Of a stretch of DNA of 64,000 bases, positions 1-8,895 are shown in pieces (within the stretch, counting starts at the first letter, position 1; the number at the start of each line of letters is the position of its first letter). The notes under the pieces were generated by a model, which worked only from the letters and a program-made list of their open reading frames with translations, was not told the DNA's origin and ran no database searches. Both the position numbers and the translations under genes were made by a program. This DNA comes from a virus. Location of the stretch: positions 1-64,000 of IMG/VR virus record IMGVR_UViG_3300012920_000028; one strand, given 5' to 3'.

Positions 1-133
1 AAGTCGAGTCCACGTCAAAAGTCGAAAATCGCGTCGTGCGCGCTTGCGCGCGCGCGGAGACGATTTTGTCTGTCATCGGGAGGATTAGGGTCCTCCCTCG
101 AAGGCATGTCTGCCTGTTCCCGTATGACGGTGT

Positions 134-370
134 TTAGCCGTCGGTTAGTTGTTCCTTGAGTTCGTCGAGCGGGTCCTCGTGGTAGTTCTTCGTCCGCTTG
201 CTCTTGACCTTCCCGGTCGAAGAGACTGCTTCCGTCACACCTTCCGCGAGGTCTTCGCAGACTGAGCCTTTGACTCCGGTATCAGGACCGGAGTCGAACT
301 CTGTCACACCATCGTCCCAGATGATGATTCGCACGACCTTCTTGTTCTTGCCCTTGGTTTTCTTGCCCAT
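134..370 (-). CDS. DUF2997-like small protein
   Basis: Pattern IxIxxDG...GVKGSVC...Y resembles DUF2997; abuts a Ycf35-like gene, its usual neighbour. Confidence 0.55.
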   Translation of the reverse strand: MGKKTKGKNKKVVRIIIWDDGVTEFDSGPDTGVKGSVCEDLAEGVTEAVSSTGKVKSKRTKNYHEDPLDELKEQLTDG

Positions 371-900
371 TACTGGTCCACCTCGTACTCAATGACGGTG
401 TAGCCCATTTGGACGTCTTGACCGGCGGCATTCTTCTTGGAACCCTTGGCGCGCTTCTTGGCGCGCCGAGTGAGGCGACGGATTCGCCCCTTCTTCTTGG
501 CCTTCTTGGCGTTCTTCCGCAGTTGTTCCTCGGTGATGAGGTCATTGACCTCACCGTTGAGGTAGCCGATGAACTCTTCTTGGGAGAGGTAGTGCCCTTG
601 TGGGAGCATCCCCTCTTCAATCATCTTCTGTTCAAGCGCGTGACGGCATTCATACCAGTCACCCACGAACCTGAAGGTTCCGTTCACCGTATCGACCTGC
701 AGGCCGAACTGTCGCCCATTGGCGGTGACTTTGATGTCACACTTCTTGTCTTGGGCGTTGCCGTGACCTGAAACGGTTAGTCCGTTCAGGCTCTTGGCCT
801 CTTCGACGCTTCTCGCGCCGAACTTTGTTTGCAGGGCCTTGACGACCCATTCGCGCTTCTCAAGTGTCAGCGCGGTTTGAGTGGAGCGTACTGTGCTCAC
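370..900 (-). CDS. DUF1257/Ycf35-like protein
   Basis: In-frame GTG at 900; AL..FG...G.G...CDI...FG......F.FVGDW pattern. Confidence 0.5.
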   Translation of the reverse strand: MSTVRSTQTALTLEKREWVVKALQTKFGARSVEEAKSLNGLTVSGHGNAQDKKCDIKVTANGRQFGLQVDTVNGTFRFVGDWYECRHALEQKMIEEGMLPQGHYLSQEEFIGYLNGEVNDLITEEQLRKNAKKAKKKGRIRRLTRRAKKRAKGSKKNAAGQDVQMGYTVIEYEVDQ

Positions 901-1093
901 GTGTGCCGCATCTTGTCGGCAAAAAGAAAATGCCGGGAAGTAGTCCCGGCGGCTTCCACTATTCCGTAGTGGGATGTTTAACAGTCGCAGCCATCGCAGC
1001 GACCGCATTTGATGCAACATGTTCCTTCGTTCATGTTTTTCGGGTGACTCGTCTCCTCAGATGGGAGTCGTAGTCGTTCGAGCGTCGAGCACC

Positions 1094-2953
1094 TCAGCGC
1101 TTGTTGCGCTTTGGCTTGTCGCGGTGGCTCCTCGCACCTGCCTTGCGGCGGTGTGCGGGGGCCTTGCGGCTCTTCTTCTCACTGTGCTTGGGCACGCGCT
1201 CCTTCGGTTCTTCGGTGAACGGGAGTGTAAAATGCCCGCTGTCGAAGATGGTGTTATCGTTGATTTCACCCTCGAAGAACTTCTTCATGGCCTGAAGAAC
1301 CGGCCGAGGCGAGGAATCAGATTCCGCGCTCAGGTAGTCTTCAAGGTTGAGGTAGTCGTAGCGCATCTGCTGGTGCCAGATGACTTCCACGTCCTTTCCG
1401 GGGACGTTGTTGTCCTTGGCCCATGCCAGCACTTCTTCCGTCGTCACTTCGAGGTCCATCATTTCCATGCGGACGCTCTCACGCGCAGCCTTGTTGAGCC
1501 GAGGGCTCGGCTTGCGGCGTTGCGACACTGGTCGCGTGACGAAGTCGTAGATGACCTGCTGCTGCTCAGGGGAGTGGAACTCGGCGGTTTTCACCGAGGG
1601 CCACCACCCGATGCGGCGGACGGACGGGATTCCCGCCCACGCCGCTCCGAGTCGCTTTCGGACCCGCCCTCCGAACAGGTGAACCCTCGCGGGGTCCACT
1701 GCTGCGAAGCGCGGGCGTCGGTCGGGCTTTCCCCTTTGAGAGTACTCCGCCTTGTCGTTTTCGTCGACAAGGTAGAACCTCTTGGGGATTTCCCGCAGGC
1801 TTCCGTGGTCGAGAAGCACCTTGGCGAGGCCATTGCTGACCCACTGCACGCGGTTCATGTACGACGCGCCTTTCCCCTTCCATGGGGTCGGGACAAACGT
1901 CCACACCGCGAGCCCGCCTTCGGGGGCTTTCTTCACGAACCAGTAGGATTGAAGTTCGCTTCGTTCCTTCCGGGCCTGCTCCTTGTTCCAGTTGTTCTCT
2001 CGGTAGAGTTCACTGGCCATCTCGTAGTTGTGGTAGAAGCGCCGGCGCTGTCCGGTGAACGACCACACCATCATTGAGGGTGGTTCGTTTCCGTCTCGCA
2101 GCGCGCGGTCACGTGCTTGCACGAATTCGTTGTAGTGGTTGACGTGGAAGGTTGGGGTGTCCGGGTGAGTCCGGACTCCGTCTTCCATCACGTCTTGCCT
2201 CGTGCTGTAGTGTGAGAGCCACTCACGGATGGCAGCGTCCTGTGCGACCATCGGCATTGCGCCGAAGGCTGCGTCGAACGTGCTCGCATCCATGTTTCCG
2301 TGCTTGTCGGCGAGGAATCGAAGGACGTTGGTCCACCGTGCTTGCGCCTCGGTTTTCTTGTCCTTGAACTCTCGCATGAGCCGGTTGTGCTCTTGGTTGT
2401 TGTAGAGGTCGTAGCCGACGTTGGACTGAATGATGTTCCAGCCCATCGCCTTGACGTTGTCTTCGATGTCCCACGCGGTCAGCGGGGTCATCTCGGTAGC
2501 GTCAATGGTGGCCTTCCCCATGGCGCCCATCTCGTTGAGGGCACGCAAGACGTCCATCTGGTAGTTGGCGTCGTTGCTCCACGGGGAGTGATGAATGGTG
2601 TTCCAGACGTCTTCCCACGTCAGGACGCCGCCGGCCAGCATGTCGCGCATGACGCACGCACGCTGGTTCGGAGCGACGATGATGTGGGCGACATGGCGCT
2701 GCTCACGCGGTGCCTTGCCGTTGATGCCCCTCGACTTGCGGCGCTTGGTGCGCTGCTGCGTCGTCTTCTCCGACCCCTTGGAGGGTTCGGGTTCCGACGC
2801 GGTCGGTGGGGCACAGTAGCGCCCGTTAAGGCGCCACCGTCCGTTTTCGTCCATCTTTGGTGTGTCCTCCACACCCTTGCTCTGCCCATTTTCCATCCCG
2901 TTCGGGATGTCCTCGACCGGGCCGGCCGAGAGGTCCTGTTGTAGGTCCTTCAT
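1094..2953 (-). CDS. Hypothetical protein, 619 aa, with basic C-terminus
   Basis: Long ORF with genome-typical codon use; GGTGA RBS-like motif upstream. Confidence 0.75.
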   Translation of the reverse strand: MKDLQQDLSAGPVEDIPNGMENGQSKGVEDTPKMDENGRWRLNGRYCAPPTASEPEPSKGSEKTTQQRTKRRKSRGINGKAPREQRHVAHIIVAPNQRACVMRDMLAGGVLTWEDVWNTIHHSPWSNDANYQMDVLRALNEMGAMGKATIDATEMTPLTAWDIEDNVKAMGWNIIQSNVGYDLYNNQEHNRLMREFKDKKTEAQARWTNVLRFLADKHGNMDASTFDAAFGAMPMVAQDAAIREWLSHYSTRQDVMEDGVRTHPDTPTFHVNHYNEFVQARDRALRDGNEPPSMMVWSFTGQRRRFYHNYEMASELYRENNWNKEQARKERSELQSYWFVKKAPEGGLAVWTFVPTPWKGKGASYMNRVQWVSNGLAKVLLDHGSLREIPKRFYLVDENDKAEYSQRGKPDRRPRFAAVDPARVHLFGGRVRKRLGAAWAGIPSVRRIGWWPSVKTAEFHSPEQQQVIYDFVTRPVSQRRKPSPRLNKAARESVRMEMMDLEVTTEEVLAWAKDNNVPGKDVEVIWHQQMRYDYLNLEDYLSAESDSSPRPVLQAMKKFFEGEINDNTIFDSGHFTLPFTEEPKERVPKHSEKKSRKAPAHRRKAGARSHRDKPKRNKR

Positions 2954-3097
2954 TGGTTTTCACCGTATGACTCATTTCGATGATGAGTCTCTCTTCTTGC
3001 GCCGACGTCTTGGGACGTAGGCTGAAGAGTCGTGTGCGTTCACAGTTTGAGTCAGGGTTGTACCCCGATTTTTGGGTTTGCGACGCTTAGTCACGGG

Positions 3098-3326
3098 TGG
3101 AAGGACGGGGGTACTAAGCCCCGCCCTCCCGGGTGTCGGACCCCGGTTCGCTTGTCCGAATCAGCCCGAGGAAGGGCTGATGGTTCAAACAAGGTGTCTC
3201 GGGATTCCTCGCCACCCAGCGGGTGCTGGCCCGCTGAAGTGAACCTCCCCTCGTCTTCGCCTACGCACCGGTGGACATTGGTCCAACGAGTGAGGGGAGG
3301 TAGCCGTAATACGGCACCGGTGCGTT
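3098..3326 (-). ncRNA. Candidate structured RNA with a pseudoknot in the intergenic leader
   Basis: Stems 3243-3252/3292-3301 and 3263-3271/3317-3325 cross each other; extra hairpins at 3272-3285 and 3303-3315. Confidence 0.4.
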
Positions 3327-3340
3327 GCAGACGTGTGCTC

Positions 3341-3691
3341 TCAGACCTTTGCGAAGGTCGTGAGGCCGATGATACGTCCCTCGTCGTCACGGACGAGGAC
3401 GTTCGGGCAGTAAAGGTCGTCGCGCTCGGGCGCGCCAGCGGCGGTGAGCCGCGACACGATGTATGCGACGCCTTCCTGCTTGGGCGGAAGGTCATAGACT
3501 TCCCCCATTTGCACTTGGTAGACTGGGACCCCATTCAGGGTCTCCACCTGCGCCTGCTTCTTTTCGCACCGTGCGACGGTGCCTGAAGCGGGGTAGGTTT
3601 CGAGGACGTTCCCGTCCTCGTCCAATGTATGCACGGGATGTGGGGTGAGATTCACCACCTTCGCCGTGATGTGCTGGATGTTTTTATCCAC
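3341..3691 (-). CDS. Conserved phage-type hypothetical protein (NLTPH...RDxxGRIIG family)
   Basis: Motifs VNLTPH, LP...G..YIVS and VRDDEGRIIG recall a widespread small viral protein family. Confidence 0.65.
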   Translation of the reverse strand: MDKNIQHITAKVVNLTPHPVHTLDEDGNVLETYPASGTVARCEKKQAQVETLNGVPVYQVQMGEVYDLPPKQEGVAYIVSRLTAAGAPERDDLYCPNVLVRDDEGRIIGLTTFAKV

Positions 3692-3907
3692 GAATACCCT
3701 TCAGCCGTCGCTTCCGGGTGGTGTGGGGAGTAGTCCCCACACAACGCAGTGCTGTACATCGAGAGCCGCACACTGCGTTTCTGGGCCAGCCTTTCAACTG
3801 GCCCCACGAATACCCTTCAGGCCGAAGCCTTCCGGGTGGCGTAGGAAATCAATGGCCCCTACGCTGGCCGCGCGCTTATCAGAGCCAGCCTTTCAACTGG
3901 CCCCACG
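3688..3907. repeat. Interleaved imperfect direct repeats
   Basis: gccagcctttcaactggccccacg at 3785-3808 and 3884-3907; ccacgaatacccttcag...cttccgggtgg at ~3688-3721 and ~3804-3839. Confidence 0.85.
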
Positions 3908-4697
3908 TATGACCAACAGTCCTTTGCCGCCCTGTTGGCGACGGCATAGGGTCGTTCGACCTACATCGACTCAATGTGCTATCTGAAATCTTCAAGCACA
4001 AAAAGAAAATGCTGGCCTCGGTTGAGACCATCGGTCGTTGGCCTTTCGGCCTTTGACGTGTGGCTTTCCCCGCCGGGGGACGAATCCCCCTTTGGGTCAA
4101 GCCGCTTACCACGCCCGGTTATTCCTCGTTGCGACAGAGGAGTGGTTGGGCGCAACCAACATCCCTCCGCTCTCCTTTCGGGGAGCATGAGTAGATAGGT
4201 ATTGACGGATGAGGGTCCTTCTCTCCCTCCGTTGTTTATACGGTCGGGAAAGTAGTACCACTCTTACAGTTCCACCACTTCTCCGTATCATTCACCCGTC
4301 GGTGTCCGATTACGGTTCGTTGGTGGGCCTCTGAGCGGTGTTGTCGCCGTTGATGCTATCTCAGGTTTCAACACGTGCTCAAATTTGGCGTCTTTCGAGA
4401 TGAGGCTCAGACTTGCCGCGTCTTCTCTCGAAAGTGAATGGATTGATTCCCGAGCCACCGTCCATTCAATGCGGTGACTCTCGATTTTCATAGGGCCTGC
4501 GCACGGGGAAGCGTTTCTCGCCTCCGGTACGACAGGGAATATCCCCTCAAACGGGTGGGCCTGCTGGTCTTGTAGCCAACGGCAGGCCCGTTCAAGACTC
4601 CGCACGAGCGGCGTCAGGTCCTTGGTCGCTATGTTCCCGGGAAAGAATCCCTTCGTCGCTATACACAAGGCTTGGATAGCGCGCAAACGGGTGGAGG

Positions 4698-4759
4698 GGG
4701 GCATTAGAAGCCATTGAATAGCCGCCCCGGGGCATTAGAAGCCATTGAATAGCCGCCCC
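4698..4759. repeat. Perfect 31-bp tandem duplication
   Basis: ggggcattagaagccattgaatagccgcccc occurs twice, at 4698-4728 and 4729-4759. Confidence 0.9.
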
Positions 4760-4800
4760 TCTCCATTGTATATACGCGCGGGAAAGTGGTATCACCCACG
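4757..4800 (-). promoter_or_regulatory. Conserved intergenic motif, copy 1 (putative promoter)
   Basis: ctccattgtatatacgc...gtggtatcaccc; related copies at ~8005 and ~8091. Confidence 0.45.
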
Positions 4801-4853
4801 CATTACGTTTGCCCCGAACTCCTCAATGGGATTCCGAGACGGTTTCTTCGTCT

Positions 4854-5114
4854 TCAGGTGAAAAGGATGGCGCAACTGCTGCACTTGATGACTTGCGTTC
4901 GCTCGTTGTACGGCACGTGCCGTTCATCGACGAGGTAGACTCGGCTACGCTCCAAGTGCAAAGAACCACGCGATGGGTCGCACCCGTCGGGGCACTTTCC
5001 GTTTCCGCGTGTCCGAACGGTGAACATTTTCCACACGGGGTGTCCCGTGATGTGGCTGTTTCCGTAATCCTCGCATGCATCCAATTTCTGATACGACGTT
5101 TTGGTTTCTGACAT
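4854..5114 (-). CDS. Small Cys/His-rich protein
   Basis: ORF with CPDGC and CSSC; CCGGAG motif upstream. Confidence 0.55.
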   Translation of the reverse strand: MSETKTSYQKLDACEDYGNSHITGHPVWKMFTVRTRGNGKCPDGCDPSRGSLHLERSRVYLVDERHVPYNERTQVIKCSSCAILFT

Positions 5115-5171
5115 TCGTCATTCCTCCGGGTGACCCGATTCCTCACGGGATTCGGGTCGGTTTGCTTCGAC

Positions 5172-5441
5172 TCAAGCGGTCAGTCCGTTGTCTTCGCCTT
5201 GCTTTTGCTGGAATTCCCACACGTGGAGGCACTCATGACCTCCAAGGAATCCTCCGGCTTCGCGAGCCGGTCCGATGAACTCGGCAGCACAGACTTTGCA
5301 GAAGACATGCACGATGGGCTCGTTGATGTAGGTCCCGTTCGGCGTGACTCGCCGTTCGATGACCTGTCCCACATGCTTCTTTCGGAAAGAGTCCCATGGA
5401 CCCTTCTTCTTCTTCTCGCTCTTTTCTTCGTCGTTGCTCAT
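5172..5441 (-). CDS. Small Zn-finger-like protein
   Basis: CKVC...HECLH. Confidence 0.6.
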   Translation of the reverse strand: MSNDEEKSEKKKKGPWDSFRKKHVGQVIERRVTPNGTYINEPIVHVFCKVCAAEFIGPAREAGGFLGGHECLHVWEFQQKQGEDNGLTA

Positions 5442-5445
5442 GTTT

Positions 5446-5682
5446 TCACGTCCGGTTGATTGGCTCGGTCAGGGCGCCGGTGAATCGGGTGTTGTATGAC
5501 TCGATTCCGTAGACGTCCCAGCAGATTTCTCCGCATCGGGGGCATGGTTCCGAATCGTCGTGGGAGAGTGCTCCTCCACCCAGCATAAACGGTTCCCAGA
5601 TGCCTCCGATGTAGCCGCAACGGCCTTCATGGCCGAAGCAGACGCTCAACATGTGTTTTTCCTTGGTTTCTTCGTTTTCCAT
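5446..5682 (-). CDS. Small Zn-ribbon protein
   Basis: C......C and CPRC motifs. Confidence 0.55.
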   Translation of the reverse strand: MENEETKEKHMLSVCFGHEGRCGYIGGIWEPFMLGGGALSHDDSEPCPRCGEICWDVYGIESYNTRFTGALTEPINRT

Positions 5683-5706
5683 AACAAAATCTCCGTGTGA
5701 GGTGTT

Positions 5707-5898
5707 TCACGCCTCGATGTATTCCTTGTATTCCCAGCCGCAGTTTCCGCAGGTGCACGGACAGGCGCACGTTTCGGTCACGGTGCAGCAGAACTCTTTG
5801 TTGTAGTCCCTGCACACGCACCCATAAGCGCACTTGCATATCTGTGCCTTTGGCGGCCAGCAGCCTTCTTTTTCAAGGTGGATTTTGAGTTCAGACAT
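5707..5898 (-). CDS. Cys-rich metallothionein-like microprotein (63 aa)
   Basis: ATG at 5898; CKC..CVC..CC..CACPCTC..C, 12 Cys in total. Confidence 0.55.
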   Translation of the reverse strand: MSELKIHLEKEGCWPPKAQICKCAYGCVCRDYNKEFCCTVTETCACPCTCGNCGWEYKEYIEA

Positions 5899-5916
5899 CT
5901 GTCTCAACCTCTTCGT

Positions 5917-6350
5917 TTTTGGAGGACACGTCCTCCTTATTGTCGTTTTCTGACACGTGTGACTCGATTCCTCATGGGACTCGTAGTCGGTGTGGTTTGA
6001 CCACTTCAGATGAGTCCTGCGGCTTCCAGCGCTTCGCTCCAGCCTTCGGGCAGTTTCGCCCAGCGCAGGTTCCTCGCCTCGCTCAGGTCCGCCATGTACA
6101 GGTCCGCATTGCTCAGGTCCGCATTTTTCATGTTCGCCCAGCGCAGTTTCGCCCAGCGCAGGTCCGCGTGGGGCAGGTCCGCCCTGTACAGGTCTGGGCG
6201 GTACATTTCCATAACCTCGTCCCATTTGTACAGGCTCTTCTCATCCGTGGTCGTGTTTTCGGAGGCCACGTCCTCCTTGTTGTCGTTTTCTGACACGGGT
6301 GCACCGGATTCCTCATGGGATTCCGGCACGGTTTGGTTCAACACGTTCAG
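5917..6350. repeat. ~90-bp imperfect direct repeats around the pentapeptide gene
   Basis: ggagg.cacgtcctcctt.ttgtcgttttctgacacg.gtg...gattcctcatggga at ~5917-6008 and ~6256-6350. Confidence 0.85.
6006..6296 (-). CDS. Pentapeptide repeat protein
   Basis: ADLPH/ADLRW/AKLRW/ANMKN/ADLSN/ADLYM repeats; GTG start at 6296. Confidence 0.8.
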   Translation of the reverse strand: MSENDNKEDVASENTTTDEKSLYKWDEVMEMYRPDLYRADLPHADLRWAKLRWANMKNADLSNADLYMADLSEARNLRWAKLPEGWSEALEAAGLI

Positions 6351-6724
6351 TCCGTGACGGGCACGAGACGGTAGTCTTCGTCGAGAGTGGCAGGCACGTA
6401 GTCCTGCCGAGCCTCGTACCCACACTTGATGTCAGGTAGGGTTCGAGACCAGTAGCCTCCGTGGGGGTGGTTCGCCACCTTCGTCCACTTTTCGTGACTG
6501 AAGCAGACGAAGCCGCCAGATGTCAACCAGAACTTCGGGTTCACGAATTTTGGTCGCGCCATCTCGAAGATTTTTGTAAGGTGGTTGGCGACGCGCTTGC
6601 GAACTTCGGGGAGCGTCTCTCCGGGTTCCCCCCGGAAGACAAATTCCCCTACAGGTGCAAGAATCGTCAAAATCCAAACTCCAATCATGTATTCTGTCGT
6701 GTTGTTGTTCGTCATGTTTTCCAT
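6347..6724 (-). CDS. Hypothetical protein
   Basis: ORF with upstream TCACCCGGAG motif shared with neighbouring genes. Confidence 0.6.
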   Translation of the reverse strand: MENMTNNNTTEYMIGVWILTILAPVGEFVFRGEPGETLPEVRKRVANHLTKIFEMARPKFVNPKFWLTSGGFVCFSHEKWTKVANHPHGGYWSRTLPDIKCGYEARQDYVPATLDEDYRLVPVTD

Positions 6725-6782
6725 GATTCTCTCCGGGTGATTTGCGCCCTCAAATGGGGTTCAAATCGGGTGTGTTCGGCAC

Positions 6783-7028
6783 TCACTTGTTTCGGTGTTC
6801 TTCGCACTTGTCTGAACGGGGCAGGTACAATGGACGGTTCCATGTGTACGATACTCCGCAAACTTTGCAAGAACCCGCTTCAATGATATGTGTTGGTCCG
6901 GGCATACGGGTGACCGCCAGAGGACCCTCAGTTTTCCCGGGTCGTGTGCGGTCGTTTTCTGTCGGGTATGTTTTACTCCTCCCGACATGGCGTTCGTTTT
7001 TTCGTTTCATGAGGTGTTTTCGCTTCAC
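6783..7028 (-). CDS. Small basic protein with CxxC
   Basis: GTGA overlap with upstream gene; CKVC. Confidence 0.45.
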   Translation of the reverse strand: MKRKHLMKRKNERHVGRSKTYPTENDRTRPGKTEGPLAVTRMPGPTHIIEAGSCKVCGVSYTWNRPLYLPRSDKCEEHRNK

Positions 7029-7561
7029 TGCGCCACTTCGAACTTTTCCAGCATCTCCCTGATGCGAGATGCGAGGCCTGCTTCCTTCTTCTCGAAGATG
7101 CGCGTCTCGATTTCCGCCACGAAGGGGTTTCCTTCCATGAGGGTGATGAGGTCGCGCGTTGCGAAGGTGCCGTCGGCGTGGCGCCAGATTCCTCTGGCGT
7201 CCTGCTCGACGTCGCCGCTCTCTTCGAGGCGTCGCTGGCCGTAGTTGATGGCCCAGCGGTCAGCCTCGGCTCTCTCTCGCAGTTGGCTCAGGAAGTGGTC
7301 GTAGCACGTTTGGTCTACGACTTCATGAGGCTCATAGGGCGTTTCCCTAAAGGTTCCGGATTCCCCGAACCATTCGAAAGTCAAGGGGCCGCTTCTCCGC
7401 TGACCGCGGAAAGCGCGCCTGTGCCTGACTTCCATTTCCTCAAGTTCTTCTTGTGGAACGGGGCAAAGCCCCTGTTCTTGCCAGCGTTGTTCAAACGCGG
7501 CGTGGCATCGTTCGTTGATGAGTCGCTTCAAGCGAAATCGTTGTTTTCTTTTCTCGTTCAT
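7025..7561 (-). CDS. Hypothetical protein
   Basis: ATG at 7561 preceded by TCATCCGGAG. Confidence 0.6.
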   Translation of the reverse strand: MNEKRKQRFRLKRLINERCHAAFEQRWQEQGLCPVPQEELEEMEVRHRRAFRGQRRSGPLTFEWFGESGTFRETPYEPHEVVDQTCYDHFLSQLRERAEADRWAINYGQRRLEESGDVEQDARGIWRHADGTFATRDLITLMEGNPFVAEIETRIFEKKEAGLASRIREMLEKFEVAQ

Positions 7562-8001
7562 GATGAACTCCGGATGACCGGATTCTACCGGTCTGGTGCA
7601 CAAAAAGAAAAAGGCGAGTCGTGAGACCCGCCGTAGGCATCGCCTCTTTTTCTTCTTGAAATACGGTTGAAGGTTGTTTTTCGCTCTGACTTCCTCATGC
7701 ACCGCCCCGTCTCAGAGGTTTGAATGGTGCATGCACGAAAGGCTCTCCGTAAGGAGGTAGCCGGCGTTCTGTTCAGGACAGGTGTCCTGCTTTCGTATAA
7801 CTCGCGGGGCTGTGGCATCGCGGTTGATTTCCCGCGAGCCTGCGCTTCTAATTTTGCCCCCTCTCAACCTTCATAGTTGTGAGCGCGTATCGTTTTTTGC
7901 GACGCCATGGACTACTGCTACGGCACTTCCCATGAAGGGTACATGCTATGCATCGTCCGAAGTTTCGTCTTCCGGCGCCGACTTTGGTCGTGTGAGGGTC
8001 T

Positions 8002-8135
8002 CCCCTCCATTGTATTTACGCTCCGCAGGGTGGTATCACCCGTGCTGAAGCCCTATTACGTGTGGGAGGGGGAATCACGTGCTTCCCTCCCTCCATTGTA
8101 CATACGCGCGGTGAGGTGATACCTCTTGCGCTGAA
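8002..8135 (-). promoter_or_regulatory. Two further copies of the ctccattgta.(a/t)tacgc motif
   Basis: Copies at ~8005 and ~8091, upstream of the leftward accessory gene cluster. Confidence 0.45.
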
Positions 8136-8324
8136 AAAGGTGGACAAGCGGCTGATACCGGGCCAAACACCCTGAGCCCACCCGAGGGAACCGCTTGCCC
8201 AGAGGTCCCCCGGGCAGACGGCTTAATTCTTCATCAGTGATAAAGGGTGGGACGGCACGGATTGGAAAGGGGAGTGAAACCCTAAGCCCCAGCGTACCGC
8301 CCCGGTGTTCCGGGGCTCAGTCCC

Positions 8325-8648
8325 TCATTGGGACCGAGGTATTTCGTCCTTCGGGTCGTTGATTGTGACCCATCCTTGGCGAACGACCTGCGTCTTTGGC
8401 TGAGAGTCTTTCATAGCCCAAAACGAAGTGGTGAGGTTGGAACCCACCAAGCGTTCCGTTCTCAGTCGGCGGAACTGTGGGCGACGGCGAAGGAGGTTCG
8501 CAAGGCCATGCGTGGTGATGCCGTCCTTTGTGTTGCTGTTAATCCAATCCTTGATGGTATGGAAGGTGAGTTCCTGAACGTCTTCCTTCTCCGCGTAAAT
8601 GCGGAAACACTTCTCAATGTGTTCAACGGCTCGGCTGTAGCGAGTCAT
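8325..8648 (-). CDS. Putative winged-helix DNA-binding protein
   Basis: Size and LT...I..WI......T...LANLLRR pattern. Confidence 0.45.
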   Translation of the reverse strand: MTRYSRAVEHIEKCFRIYAEKEDVQELTFHTIKDWINSNTKDGITTHGLANLLRRRPQFRRLRTERLVGSNLTTSFWAMKDSQPKTQVVRQGWVTINDPKDEIPRSQ

Positions 8649-8812
8649 TCTTCCACCTTCCCTACTTCGTATGCGTTCAGAAGACGCATGATGAACTCCC
8701 AGTTCGCTTCACGAGGGAGTTTCAAGCGCATAATTCGCTCAAGGTCATACCGTCGGATTCGGGTTGAGGTCATCACCTCATTGGCTCCCATGTGAACTTG
8801 CATCGAACTCAT
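8645..8812 (-). CDS. Small ribbon-helix-helix-like protein (55 aa, below ORF-track cutoff)
   Basis: Hand translation ...TSTRIRRYDLERIMRLKLPREANWEFIMRLL; ATGA overlap with the next gene. Confidence 0.5.
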   Translation of the reverse strand: MSSMQVHMGANEVMTSTRIRRYDLERIMRLKLPREANWEFIMRLLNAYEVGKVEE

Positions 8813-8895
8813 CGGTATAAGCCTGACGAGCCTTCAGGAATCCTGCATCGAGGATTTTAAGACCACGACGTAAAACCGGAAGTCAGGGAAGCACC

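Noticed and set aside
1019-2077. 352-aa plus-strand ORF (and similar long antisense ORFs elsewhere)
   Set aside because: Overlaps a better-supported minus-strand gene; expected in GC-rich DNA
3688-4759. Repeats as a possible CRISPR or mini-array
   Set aside because: Only two copies of each unit, irregular or zero spacing, and no cas operon
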